Shown in pieces: positions 11,393-23,089 of a stretch of DNA of 46,562 nt. Positions within the stretch are counted from its first letter, which is position 1; every line of letters begins with the position of its first letter. Made by a program: the position numbers and the translations under genes. A model generated the notes under the pieces. That model ran no database searches and was not told where the DNA came from. It worked only from the letters and a program-made list of their open reading frames with translations. The DNA is from Chiloscyllium plagiosum (lineage: Eukaryota), in assembly GCF_004010195.1 (NCBI RefSeq), contig NC_057720.1, forward strand, positions 4,832,054-4,878,615, in the 5' to 3' direction.

Positions 11393-11937
11393 TAAAGGTC
11401 ATCAGAGCTGCAATTCCAAAATGTCTAGCTTTGAAGGGTTTTAGGGCCAGTTTGATTATAGCTAACAGATACTGCCTCAGGCTAAAGGTTGAAAAAACAC
11501 TTGTACAATGAAAGGGGTTTGGTTCTAACAGGCTGGCTGTTCACTGAGAGCAGTCAGTTTTGAGGTTGCTGAGCTAAGAAACAGCTTCACACAAGAAGGT
11601 GTTCCACGTTGAATCTCCCTGCCATCTCTCCCTCTCTCCTGGAAGAGCCTGTGTTTGATTTTACCTTTTATGCCAAGGGGTCTTTCTGGGGATTGTTGCA
11701 GGAATTTGGAGGATCTGTTGGGTGTGCGGATAGGTTATGTTATCCTGTATTCTATTCTGCTTTGTGTTTCATTTGGCAATCTTGTAAATAAATTCTGTTT
11801 TGTTTAAAACTAATTGGTTGGCCCAGCTGCATCCTTCCTGGAATATCCACCTTACACCTGCATAAAACAACTAGAAAAGTTAGGGTCTGGGCTACTTTCT
11901 TGAAATGTTTTGAGGGAGTCTGGTCTGGTCCATAACA
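11393..11937 (+). mobile_element. Probable LTR (3' part of a solo LTR)
   Basis: Ends in CATAACA, typical of TG...CA Gypsy-type LTRs. AATAAA at 11787-11792 followed by a T-rich tract. The 5' end was not identified. Confidence 0.5.
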
Positions 11938-11939
11938 CT

Positions 11940-12530
11940 AGGAAAAAGTTGCTTTTATGCAGAAGATAGGGTGGGGGGAGGGGATAAGGAATGAACAATA
12001 GGTGGGGATAGAACCTAAAGGGAGAGATGACCAGTTGGACAGGCAAAGGAGAGAATACAGATCAGCCTGGGAAAATGAGTAGCTATGAATGGGGATGGTT
12101 AATGGTTAATAATAGCAGACCATGTGGTAACAAGGCCTGATATGTTGGGGTTGCGATAAGGACACGGGAGAAGGTGTCTCAGGCCCTAAAATTATTGAAT
12201 TTGATATTGAGTCCATAAAACTGTAAGGTCCCCAAGTGGAAAATGAGGTGCTGTCTTTCCAGCTTGCACTGAACTTCACTGGAGCACTGCAGCAAGCCTG
12301 AGACAGAGGTACTGGGGTCAAGATTAGAGTGGTGCTGGAAAAGCAGGTCAGGCAGCATCCGAGAAGCAGGGAAATCAACGTTTTGGGCAAAAGCCCTTCA
12401 TCAGGAATGACTGAGATGTTGGCCAGGGAACAGGGTGAGATGTTGAGGTGGCAGGCATCTGGAAGCTCAGGATCTTCTTTGTGGGCAGAATGTATTGTTC
12501 TATGAAATGGTCACCCAGTCTACCGTTCAT
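11940..12530 (-). mobile_element. Old PLE 3' region with nested PLE terminus (12320-12409)
   Basis: Reverse strand LGTLQ..GLNI remnant. The nested terminus carries a mutated hammerhead (GAAA to AAAA) at ~12373-12408. Confidence 0.7.
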
Positions 12531-12667
12531 TTACTCATGATTTTGGTATTGGTGCTTGATGGATAAGCATTGGTCTGGGACAATGCGGAGATCTGACTGT
12601 GCAAGTAATTCTCTTCAAAGGGGTTAAAAAGAACATTCTCTATTGAAAACCTTCATGTCTAACATTC

Positions 12668-12962
12668 GATTGCAGTATGGAACAGGCCCTTCGGCCCAAC
12701 AAGACCATACCGACCCTCTGAAGAGTGACCCATTCCCCTACCCTATGTTAACTCCTGATGAATGCACCTAACACGATGGACAAATTAGCATGGCCAATTC
12801 ACCTGACCTGCGCATCTTTGGATTGTGGAATAAAACCAGAGCAAACCCACACAGACATGGGACAAACATGTAAACTCCACACAGACAGTCACCCGAGGCA
12901 GGAAACGAACCCAGGTCCCTGGTGCAGTGAGGGAGCAGTGCTAACCATTGAGCCACCAGGCC
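12668..12962 (-). mobile_element. HE1-type SINE
   Basis: Homologous to the other copies. Confidence 0.85.
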
Positions 12963-12964
12963 AT

Positions 12965-13340
12965 CTAATCCCTGCCTCACTGTTCAACAAGAACATTGCT
13001 AATCTGCCTCAGGTCTCAACTTCTGTTTCGCACCAACTCGTCATAACCTTCAACTCCCTAATATTTTAAAAATCTGACTACCTCCTCCTTTGTGATCTCA
13101 TCTCTACACTCTTTGGGATAAAGGTTTTAAACATTTACTGTCCTCTGGGAGAAGAAATTCCTTCACACCTCAGATTTAAATGAGCGCCCCCTAGTCTGAG
13201 ATTCTGTCACAAGTAGAAACATCTTCTCAACAGACCCCCGTCAAGTCCCTCAGAATCTTATATGTTTCAATAAGATCACGCTTCTTTCCTTTAAACTCAA
13301 ATGAATAAAGGCCCAACCTGTTTAGTCGCTCTTGACAGAA
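12965..13340 (-). mobile_element. Old CR1 3' fragment
   Basis: gagaagaaattccttc..acctcag and ttatatgtttcaataagatcac remnants. Confidence 0.65.
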
Positions 13341-13391
13341 ATAGGAAATTTTCTGTCCCCAAATTCAGCAGTGGAACTAATGTACACAAGA

Positions 13392-13407
13392 GCCACTAGG
13401 TGGAAGC
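13392..13407 (+). promoter_or_regulatory. Candidate CTCF-binding motif
   Basis: GCCACTAGGTGGAAGC, close to the CCACYAGRKGGCRS consensus (C-to-A at the GGC position), in a non-repetitive island. Confidence 0.4.
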
Positions 13408-13529
13408 AATCTTACAACTTTTACAATAATTGCAGAATTATATTTATGAAAAATAAGTTAATGCTTCAAAGTCATGATGGAAAGAGATAAAAGTAAATGT
13501 CTAAATTGGGGAAGGCCCATTTCAATATC

Positions 13530-15575
13530 ACAGAACATAGCAAATAGAACAGGACTGCACAGTATAGGCCCTTTGGCCCTCAATAATGTGCCGACCTTTT
13601 ATCCTAATCTAAGATTAAACTAATCCCATGTACCCTTCAATTTACTACTATCCAAGAGTCACTTAAATGTTCCTAATGTATCTGATTCTGCTACCACTGC
13701 TGGCAGTGCATTCCATGCACCCACCACTCTCTGTGTAAAGAAATAACCTCTGACATCTCACCGACATCTTCCTCCAATCACCTTAAAATTATGCCCTTTG
13801 TGATAGCCATTTCCGTCCTGGGAAAAAGTCTCTGGCTATCCACAATGTCTATGCTTCTTATCATCTTGTACACCTCTATCAAGTCACCTCTCATCCTTCT
13901 TCACTCCAATGAGAAAAGCTCTAGCCCTCTCAACCTTTCTTCATCAGGCATGCTCTCCAGTCCAGGCAGCATCTTGGTAAATTTCCTCTGCACCCTCTCT
14001 AAAGCTTCCAATTCCTTCCTATAATGAGGCGACCAGAACTGAATACAATATCCACTTGTGCTCTAACCAGGGCTCTATTGAGCTGCAACATAACCTCGCG
14101 GCTCTTGAACTCAGTCCCTCTGCTAATGAAAGCCAACACACCATACACCTTCTTAACAAGCCTATCAACCTGGGTGGCAACTTTGAGGGATCTATGGACA
14201 TGGACCCCAAGATCCCGCTGTTCCTCCACAGTACCAAGAATCCTGCCTTTAACCCTGTATTCTGCTTTCAAATTCAACCTTCCAAACTGAATCACTTCAC
14301 ACTTTTCCAGGTTGAACTCCATCTGCCAGTTTTCATCCTGTCAATGTCTTGTTGCAACCTACTACAGCCTTCTACAGTGTCCAGAACTCCACCAACCTTC
14401 ATTTCATTGGCAAACATACTAATCCTCTCTTCCCCTTCCTCATCCAAGTCATTTATAAAAATCACAAAGAGCAGGAGTCCCAGAACTGATCCCTGTGGAA
14501 CACCACTGGACGCCAAGCTCCAGGCTGAATACTTTCCATCTACTATCACCCTCTGTCTTCTGTGGGCCAGCCAGTTGTGTATCCAGACAGCCAAATGTCC
14601 CTGTATCCCATGCCTCCCTACTTTCTGACAGAGTCTACCATGGGGAACCTTATCAAACACCTTGAGAAAAACAATGTACACCACATCCACTGCTCTACCT
14701 TCATCAATGTGTTTTGTCACACCCTCAAAGAATTCAATAGGCTTGTGAGGCATGACCTGCCCCTTACAAAGCCATGCTGATTATCTCCAATGAAACTATG
14801 GTTTTCCAAGTAATCGTAAATCCTGTCTCTCAGGATCCTCTCCAATAATTGTGGCACAGTGGTTAGCACTGCTGCCTCACAGTATCAGGGATCCGGGTTT
14901 GATTCCAACTGTCTGTGTGGAGTTTGCACACAGTTCTCCCCGTGTCTGTGTGGGTTTTCTCCAGATGCTCCAGTTTCCTCCCACAATCCAAAGATGTGCT
15001 GATTAGGTGAATTGGCCATGCTAAATTGCCCATAGTATTAGGTTCATTAGTCAGGGGTAAATATAGGTGAATGGACTGGGTGGATTATTCTTTGGAGGGT
15101 CAGTGTGGACTTGTTGGGCCGAGGGGCCTGTTTCCACACTGTAGGGAATCTAAAAAAAATTTGTCCACCACAGATGTAGGACTGGTCTGTAATTCCCAAA
15201 ATTATTCCTATTCCCTCTTTTGAACAATAACATTTGCCACCCTCCAATCATCTGGCACTACTCCAATGGACTGTGAGGATGCAAAGATCATCACCAAAGG
15301 CACAGCAATCTCTTCCCTCACTTCCTGTAGTAACCTTGGCTATATCCTACCTAGTCCAGGGGACTTATCTATCCTTATGTTTTTCAAACTTTTCAGCATA
15401 TCTTTCTTGTAATATCAACCTGTTTGAGTTTATCAATCTGTTCTCACAAACAGCAAGGTTCCTCAAAATATTCATTGAGGACCTCCCTACCTCCTCCAAC
15501 TCCGGGCACAAGTTCCCTCCAGTATCCCTGATTGGCCCAATCCTCACTCTGGCCATTCTCTTGTTCCTCACATAA
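13530..15575 (-). mobile_element. CR1 ORF2 (RT) 3' half, degraded, with nested SINE
   Basis: [44 protein letters not shown]. Confidence 0.9.
14851..15151 (+). mobile_element. HE1-type SINE nested in CR1
   Basis: gtggcacagtggttagcactgctgcctcacag...gggaatcta. Confidence 0.88.
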
Positions 15576-15799
15576 ACGTAATATCAATTGACAGGATCCG
15601 GCAAGGACACAGAACAATTGCTTGCAGGTAAGTCAACATTTGGAAAGTGGGAATCTTTTGAAAGTAATGTACCCAGCATGTTCCTCTAAGAACAAAGGGC
15701 AAGTCCAGGGAACCTGGTTGTCAAGGGATAGCGAGAGTTTGTTTCAGAAAAAGAAGGAAGTATATGTCAGGTAAATATGGGGGAGGTCCTTCAAAATTA

Positions 15800-16255
15800 G
15801 GTCCTCTGTTTAGGACTTCTCTGACCACTCAGATTCATGTCAGCCCATAAACCAATAGCCACGCTCAGACAACAACTCACAAGGACCCCACAGCCATCAT
15901 GTGCAAGACTGCACAAAACACTCTCTCGGACAAACAAGCAGACAACGAGCAATTTGCATCCATGAACACCAACCAACCACTAAACAGCACGACCAGCTGT
16001 CCCAGATGACAAATACCACAAATTCGACAGGGACAACACAGCGATCATAGGACAAGTTAAACAGAGGATAGTCAGAGATTTCCTACAGGCATGGCATTCA
16101 GCCATGGACTCCATCAATAAACACATTGACCTAAACCCAATATACCGGCCACTACAACTAACAACTGGAACCAGCAACCAGACGCAGCAGAAACAGAACA
16201 AATAAATTCCAGAAGACGCAGTACAGCAGTACTTCACAGGAGGCTCCAAGGCACT
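15800..16255 (+). mobile_element. Penelope-like element fragment of a different lineage (GIY-YIG region)
   Basis: CKDCTKH..GQTSR...IHEHQ...AWHS...INKHIDL.PIY remnants with frameshifts. Confidence 0.7.
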
Positions 16256-16438
16256 GGCCCAGCCAGTGATGCCCCTGTCCCACAAGAGAATAACAAAAAA
16301 TTAAGAGTCAACTACATTGCTGTGGGTCTGGAAGATTTCCTTCCCTGAAAAATATTAGGGAATGAGATTGGATTTTACAACATTTGACATTGGTTACATC
16401 CAACATAGGTAATTAGAAATAGGAGTAGGCCATCCCAG

Positions 16439-16870
16439 GGTTAGCACTGCTGCCTCATAGCGCCAGGGACCTGGGTCTGATTCTACCCTCGGGCGACTTG
16501 GCTGTGTGAAGTTTGCACATTCTCCCGTTGTCTGCGTAGGTTTCTTCCCACTGTCCAAAGATGTGCAGGTTAGGTGCACTGGCCACCTTAACTTGACCGC
16601 AGTGTTCAGAGATGGGTAGGTTAGGTGCGTTTAGGAGAAAGTGAGGACTGCAGATGCTGGAGTACCAGAGTTGAAAAATGTGGTGCTGGAAAATCACAGG
16701 CATGCTGCCTAGCCTGCTATGTTTTTCCAGCACCACATTTTTCAAGGTTAGGTGCGTTTGTCAGGGGTAAATGTAGAGTAGTAGGGGAATGGGTCTGGGT
16801 GGATTACTCTTCGGAGGGTTGATATGGACTTGTTGGACCGAAGGGCCTGTTTCCACACTGTAGGAATTCC
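16439..16870 (+). mobile_element. HE1-type SINE interrupted by a fold-back PLE terminus
   Basis: SINE head at 16439, tail to ~16870. Confidence 0.85.
16633..16744. mobile_element. Fold-back PLE terminal mini-insertion with 15-bp TSD
   Basis: TSD AGGTTAGGTGCGTTT at 16618-16632 and 16745-16759. Arms TTGAAAAATGTGGTGCTGGAAAA / TTTTCCAGCACCACATTTTTCAA. Confidence 0.85.
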
Positions 16871-16879
16871 AGGATTTAT

Positions 16880-17130
16880 TCAGCCCCTCAACCTGTTCTG
16901 CTATGAAATCATGATCAATGTATGACTCTATATAACCTATCTTAAGCCCATATCCATTAAAATCTTTGCTTCACAAAAATGTATCCATCACATTTTTAAA
17001 ATCAACACTGATCCAGCACCCACTGCCATTTGTGGAAGAGAGTTCCAAACCTCTCCCACCCTTTGTGTGTCGAAGAGCTTCCTAACATCTCTCCTGAACG
17101 GTCTGGCCCTCATTCTCAGATTATGCTGCC
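16880..17130 (-). mobile_element. CR1 3' fragment
   Basis: Homologous to 40115-40755. Confidence 0.7.
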
Positions 17131-17479
17131 ATCATCACCTTTAGGCTAGCTTTTCATTCCAGATGGTTTTGAAATCTAGAGACTAACAGCCAGTCTGATG
17201 GGATTCAAACACATGTCCCCAGAGCATTTACCTGGGGTGCTGGATGACCAGCTTAGTGATTTTATCACTCTGTCACTGTCTGGAGTTTTAAATGCAAAAA
17301 GCAGGAGAGAGCAGAGTTTGAGGAAGTCAGACATCCAGGAGCTGGAGGAGCCGATAGAGTATTGGAGGGTCACAGCCACATTTGAAGAAAGACAACAATA
17401 CTTTGTTGAAATGGAAGTCACTGAGTGTGGGATGAAGGGGGGAACAAGGAGCTGGAAGGCAGTTTGGATACAGGAATCT

Positions 17480-17900
17480 AAGCTTTGGATATCTTTTCCC
17501 TGGACCGTAGGAGACTGACAGGTGACCTTATAAAGGTCTATAAAATCATGAGAGGCATAGTTAAGGTAGATAGCCAACTGCTTTTCCCCAGGTTAGGGAA
17601 GTATAAAACTAGAGGGCAATGGTTGAAGGTGAGAGGGGAATAATAGAAAAGGGTACAAAGGGGCAATGTTTACACACACAGGGTGGTGAGTGTCTGCAAC
17701 GGGCTGCCTGAGGTAGTGGTGAATACCATTTCATCATTTAAGAACCAGTTGGACAGGTACATGGATAGTTATGGAGGGATATGGATCAAACCCAGGCAAA
17801 TGGAATTAGTTTCAATTGTGAAATCTGGGCAAACTGGACCCATTGGGCTGAAGAGCCTGTCTCCCCCATGCTCCCCCAACCTCTACAACACTCTGTGGCC
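17480..17900 (+). mobile_element. CR1 3' fragment
   Basis: RRL.GDL.KVYKIM...TRG...TQRVV remnants. Confidence 0.75.
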
Positions 17901-18454
17901 TAGGGTGGGAAACCTGAGCTGGCAGGAGGAGTTTTACATCAGTGGGAATGTTGAGGTGGGTGATGGTCAGACAATGTCCTGGGGGAACATTGTCTCACTT
18001 CGCAATGGATTAAATATCTAGCTCATCCCTGGGTAACATGCAGCCTGGAGGTTACAAACCCCCTGGGTCAGCCTCCAAAGGGAAGGGGATAGAGTATCCA
18101 TATACTAGTCTCCAGTGACACTGGCACATGGACAACTGCAGCTGATCAAAGGCTGGGTCATTTGTTTGTCATTTGTTCACGGGATGTGGGCATCATTGGT
18201 TGGGCTAGCATTTATTACCCATTCCTAATCACCCTATGAGAAGGTGGGGGGTAAGCTGCCTTCTTGAACCGCTGCAGTCCCTGTGCTGTAGGTAGACCCA
18301 CAATGCTCTTAAGGAGGGAATTCCAAGCTTTTGAATCAATGACATTGAAGGAATGACGATAGATTTTCAAGTCAGGATGGGGAGTGGCTCGGAGGGGAAC
18401 ATGGTGGTGATATCACAGAGTTGTTGAGGTTCTCCAGCAGATCCTGTTTTGTAC

Positions 18455-18760
18455 AGTTCGGAAAGATGGGTAGGATGGTGATAGGTGGATACAGATGGGA
18501 GGTGATTGTGCTAGGTCAGTGAGCAGGGTGGAGCAGATAGTTGGGAAGGAATATGGACCTTTCCCCCAGTCCCACACCCCACCCCCACCCCCGCTCCCAA
18601 TTTATCTCTCAGCCCCCTTCCCCCTCCCCAGTCCAGTGCTGATGAAGGGTTCTGCTCAAAACATCGACTCTCCTGCTCCTCGGATGCTGCATGACTTTCT
18701 ATGCTTTTCCAGCGCCACACTTGATCAATTCTGACTCTCCAGAATTTGCAGTCCTCACTA
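18455..18760. mobile_element. Inverted PLE 3' fragments
   Basis: A minus-oriented 3'UTR piece followed by a plus-oriented terminus with degraded hammerhead (CTGATGAAGGGTTCTGCTCAAAAC). Confidence 0.65.
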
Positions 18761-18761
18761 T

Positions 18762-19580
18762 TCTCTGGTACCAGAGTCAAGGATGTCTTTGAGCAAGCAC
18801 AGGATATTGTGAAGGGGGTAGATGAGCAGCCAGAGGTTGTGGTCCATATTGGTACCAACGACATGGGCAGAAGCAGAGATGAGAGCCTGCAAAGGGAATT
18901 CTGGGAGTTAGGTAGGAAATTGAAAAGCAGGACCTCTAGGGTTGTGATCTCGGGATTACTTCCTGTGCCATGTGCCAGTGAGGCTAGAAATAGGAAGATA
19001 ATGCAGTTAAATAGGTGGCTAAAGAGCTGGTGTAGGGGGGAGGGCTTCAGGAATGTGGAACATTGGGATGCCTTCAGGGATGGGTGGGATCTGTACAAGA
19101 AGGATGGGTTTCACCTAAACTGGAGGGGCAGGGAGGTTTGATTGTGTCACTCAGGAGGGTTTACACTGGGATGGGAACCAGAGCAGTAGGTCAGCAAATA
19201 AAAGGACCAAGGAGTAGTCAGCGATGCAGGCCAGTAAAGGCAGCTAAACGTGAGGTGATGTGAGGCAGGGAGAGGTTACTGAACACAGCACGACTGAGGC
19301 CTGAAGTGCATCTGTTTTAATGTGAGGAGTATGGCAGGGTAAAACAGATGAACTTAGAGCTTGGATTAATACATACAACTATGATGTTATAGGTATTCCA
19401 GAGACTTAGTTGAGACAGGGGTGTAAAAAGAGGTGAGGGAGTTGCATTACTGATTAGGGAGAATATCCCAGGTGTACTGAGGGAGGACACCTCAGAGGGC
19501 TCATCACGTGAGGCCATGTGGGTAGAGCTCAGGAATATGAAGGGTGCTGTCACTTTGAGGGAATTGTACTACAAGTCTGC
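18762..19580 (+). mobile_element. CR1 ORF1 SGNH-esterase region and degraded ORF2 start
   Basis: PEVVVHIGTND...VVISGLLP...DGFHLN, then LKCICFN remnants. Confidence 0.85.
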
Positions 19581-19705
19581 AAAGTTTACATTAGCAACGT
19601 TTAAGAGGCATCTTGACAGTTATATGAATAGACAGGGAATAGAGGATACGGACTGCTTAGAAGCAGAAGGTTTTTAGTTTAGAAAGGTGTCATGTGTCAG
19701 TGCAG

Positions 19706-19831
19706 GAGAAAGTGAGGACTGCAGATGCTGGAGATCAGAGCTGAAAATGTGTTGCTGGAACAGCGCAGCAGGTCAGGCAGCATCCAGGATCTGCCTGACC
19801 TGCTGCGCTGTTCCAGCAACACATTTTCAGC
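19706..19831. mobile_element. Fold-back PLE terminal mini-insertion with perfect 43-bp stem and 16-bp TSD, inside a CR1 tail (19580-19890)
   Basis: 19738-19780 is the exact reverse complement of 19791-19833, with a 10-nt loop. TSD TCATGTGTCAGTGCAG at 19690-19705 and 19832-19847. Confidence 0.9.
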
Positions 19832-20211
19832 TCATGTGTCAGTGCAGACTTGGTGGGCCGAATGGCCTGTTCCTGTGCTGTACTGCTTTTTGTTATTTGA
19901 ATGTCAGAGAAGGCTCGAAGGGCTGAATGGTCTACTCCTACCCTATTTTCCTGCTTCATTGTTTCTGACTCGGAATGGACAGTAAATGCTGGCTCAGTCA
20001 GTGACGCCCATATCCAGTAAAAGATTTTTTTAAAAATTACAGTGTAATATGTGTAAGTATGAGTTCTCCACTGCATTGGGAAGAACAGAAAGGCAGGGGA
20101 CTATTTAAACGGTAATAGATTGGTAAATGTTGATGTACAAAAGGATCTGCGGCCATTGTACACCTGTCACTGAAAGCAAGCATGTAGGTCCACCAAGCTG
20201 TTCGCAAGACA

Positions 20212-20310
20212 GCTCTGAGGCAGGGTCACTGGATCCGAAATGTTAACTCTGATTTCACTTCACAGATACTGCCAGACCTGCTGAGCTTTTCCAGCAAATT
20301 CTGTTTTTGT
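20212..20310 (+). mobile_element. PLE terminus, family C, beginning at a degraded hammerhead motif
   Basis: GCU-CUGAGGC-A-GGGUC-ACUG-GAUCC-GAAA-UG-UU-AAC (20212-20247), then the usual CAGATxCTGCCAGACCTGCTGAG tail. Confidence 0.65.
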
Positions 20311-20356
20311 TAGCAAGACAATTGGTTGGTCTTTATTGCAAAGGGGGTTTGAGTGT

Positions 20357-20680
20357 GGAATGGTGACTCAGTGGTTAGCACTGCTGCCTCACAGCACCAG
20401 GGACCCAGGTTTGATTCCAGCCTCAGGTGACTGTCTGTGTGGAGTTTGCACATTCTCCCCGTGTCTGTGTTGGTTTCCTCTGGGTGCTCCACTTTCCTTC
20501 CAAAGATGTGCAAGTTAGATGCATTGGCCATAGTAAATTGCCCATAAATTCCAGGGATGTGCAGGCTAGGTGGATTAGCCATTGGGAATGCAGGGTTGCA
20601 GGACGGGCTGGGATGCTGTTTGAAGGGCTGGTGTGGGCCTGATGGGCTGAATGGCCTGATACCACACTTTAGGGAGTCTT
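20357..20680 (+). mobile_element. HE1-type SINE
   Basis: A/B boxes and conserved central domain. Confidence 0.88.
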
Positions 20681-20764
20681 TGAGTGCAGGAGCAGGTAGC
20701 TGCAGTTGTAGCAGGTTTTTGGGAAGGTCTGCTTTGCTATTCAATGTGATCATGACTGATCTGA

Positions 20765-20887
20765 CTTGGAGATGCCGGTGTTGGACTGGGGTGTACAAAG
20801 TTAAAAACCACACATCACCAGGCTATAGTCCAACAGGTTTAATTGGAAGCACACTAGCTTTCAGAGCGCCGCTCCTTCATCAGGTGA
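20765..20887 (-). mobile_element. PLE family B terminus
   Basis: Homologous to 9891-9975. Confidence 0.8.
20852..20886 (-). ncRNA. Minimal type I hammerhead ribozyme motif (PLE family B), core intact
   Basis: CAC-CUGAUGA-A-GGAGC-GGC-GCUCU-GAAA-GC-UA-GUG: stem I CAC/GUG, 5-bp stem II with one G-U, palindromic AGCU stem III. Confidence 0.72.
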
Positions 20888-21686
20888 CAAATGGAGTTCA
20901 ATGCAGCTAAATGTGAGGTGATGCACTTTGGGAAGAATAACAGGAAGGCAGAGTACGGGGTCAATGGAAAGATTCGTGGCAGTGTGGATGTGCAGAGGGA
21001 TTTTGGAGTCCATGTACATAGATCACTGAAAGCTGCCATCCAGGTGGATAGTGCTGTTAAGAAGGCATATGGTGTGTTAGGTTTCATTCATAGAGGGATT
21101 GAGTTCCGGAGGCACAATATCATGCTACAGTTATACAAAATGCTGGTGCTGCCACTCTTGGAATATTGTGTACAGTTCTGGTCACCATATTTCGGGAAGG
21201 ATGTGGAAGCATTGGAAAAGGTGCAGAGGAGATTTATCAGGATGTTGCCTGGTCTGGAGGGAAGGTCTTATGAGGAAACGCTGAGAGACTTGAATCTGTT
21301 CTCATTGGAAAGAAGAAGGCTCAGAGGGGATTTGATGGAGACATACAAGATGATCAGAGGATTAGATAGGGTAGACAGTGAGAGTCTTTTTCTGAGGATG
21401 ATGACGTCAACGTGTACGAGGGGGCATAACTACAAATTGAGGGGTGATAGATTTAAGACAGATGTCAGAGGCAGGTTCTTTACACAGAGAGTGGTAAAGG
21501 CGTGGAATGCCCTGCCTGCTAATGTAGTCGACTCAGCCACATTAGGGAGATTTAAACAATCCTTAGATAAGCACATGGATGATGATGGAATAGTGTAGGG
21601 GGATGAGTTGAGAGTAGTTCACAGGTCGGCACAACATTGAGGGCTGAAGGGCCTGTTCTACGCTGTATTGTTCTATGTTCTATGTT
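20888..21686 (+). mobile_element. Young CR1 3' fragment with open ORF2 C-terminus
   Basis: ORF 20891-21598 MEFNAAKCEVMHFG...LDKHMDDDGIV*; (TTCTATG)n tail. Same subfamily as 26349-27688 and 30401-30959. Confidence 0.92.
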
Positions 21687-22401
21687 AATGACCTAGCCTC
21701 GACAGCACTCTGCGGTTAAGAATTCCACAGATTCACTCCCTTCAGAGAGCAGAAACCCCTCCTCATCTCCGTCTTAAAAGGATGATTCCTTACTCTGAGA
21801 TAATGCCATCTGGTCCTAAGGTCTCCCACAAGGGGACATAACCTCTCAGTACACTCCCTCCAGGAATATTCTTTGTTTCAAAGCAAATGTGTCACATGAA
21901 TCTCCAGTCATAATTATCAGCACAGAGTGGACAATTACAAAAGGTTAACTCCTGAACCTACAGTTAATCTTCTCTGCGTTTTCATGTAAACAGTTATATT
22001 CAAGAACATGAGTGCAGATCTCACCTTACCACACTCACAGGCCATTCGTGTATGGCTCTTGTAATATTCATGGCATTGCTGGACTCGCACAGCCTCAGAG
22101 TGACCCTTTAAAACCAGGATGAGGAGGAGGGCTGTGATTCTGTGGAGCTCATCGCTGCAGAGGGCTGTGGAGGTCAAGTCATGAATGTCTTTATGACAGA
22201 GATGGAGAAGTTCCTGATTAGTGTTGGGATCATGGGTTACAGGGAGATGGCAGGGGAATGGGATTGAGAAGCATTTCAGCTATGATTGGATAATGGAGCA
22301 GACCTGATGGGCTGAATGGTCTAATTCTGCTGCGGGAGCTTATGGCCTGACAGTCTAACACAAAACCTTCACATGTCTGCAGACGTATGTGAAACTAGAG
22401 G

Positions 22402-22407
22402 TTTATT
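22402..22407 (-). terminator. Candidate polyadenylation signal of the DNase II gene
   Basis: AATAAA on the minus strand in non-repetitive sequence, followed about 30-45 nt downstream by a GT-rich tract (GGTTTTGTGTT). About 1.8 kb after the stop codon. An alternative AATAAA lies at 23348-23353 inside a CR1 remnant. Confidence 0.5.
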
Positions 22408-22568
22408 GGAACATATCTTATTGTATCTTCCATGAGGTTCTGTAAGAGACCAAATCATGTGATTTGCATTATTTCTTCTCTACACAGTAAATGATTAGCA
22501 TATTAAGTAATTAGAATTACCCAAGTAACAATCCAATATCCAAAATAGTACATTATACTTGACTTAAT

Positions 22569-22690
22569 GGAGCTCTTGTGGTGCAGTGGTAGTGTCCCTA
22601 CCTCTGAGTTAGGAGGCCAGGCTTCAGAAATGTGACACAGCAGGGTGATAAATAACTATCTGCACCACATCTTCTGCCTAAGATCAAAAT
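22569..22690 (+). mobile_element. Degraded tRNA-derived SINE head of a non-HE1 family
   Basis: GTGGTGCAGTGGTAGTGTCCCTACCTCTGAG..AGGAGGCCAGGCTTCA: A-box and degenerate B-box. Confidence 0.5.
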
Positions 22691-23089
22691 AACTCCCATC
22701 TCAGGAGGGAAGGAGACCTTTGCATTTTCTCACAGAAAGTTAAAAGCATTGTGGATGTTTTGGAGGTTTTGTGTCTCGGATGGGCTGAAACAATGACTCA
22801 AATAAGATTTATGATGTTGGTATTGTTATAGAAAGAGTCAACAGGTAAACCCAGAAAACTCCAGTTCAGCTGGGGGAAGGAGGAATCTAAATTGTAGGTA
22901 TTATTTCTTCATGGAAACAGGCTGCGTTTTGCAAATGGGTTTAGATCCCAACGAATGCAGTTGAGCAGGAGGTGTACTGACAATCTCTGTTGCTGCTTCA
23001 TGTAATCTGCCAGACAGAGAGAAGAGCAGAAGCGAGGCATGTTGTCTAATGGCTGTGCTGGCCACAACAATGAATGAAAGGTTGGTGTC

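Noticed and set aside
19738..19833. Possible miRNA precursor or DNA-transposon MITE
   Set aside because: Both arms are PLE terminal sequence and the long TSD fits retrotransposition; no small-RNA evidence available.
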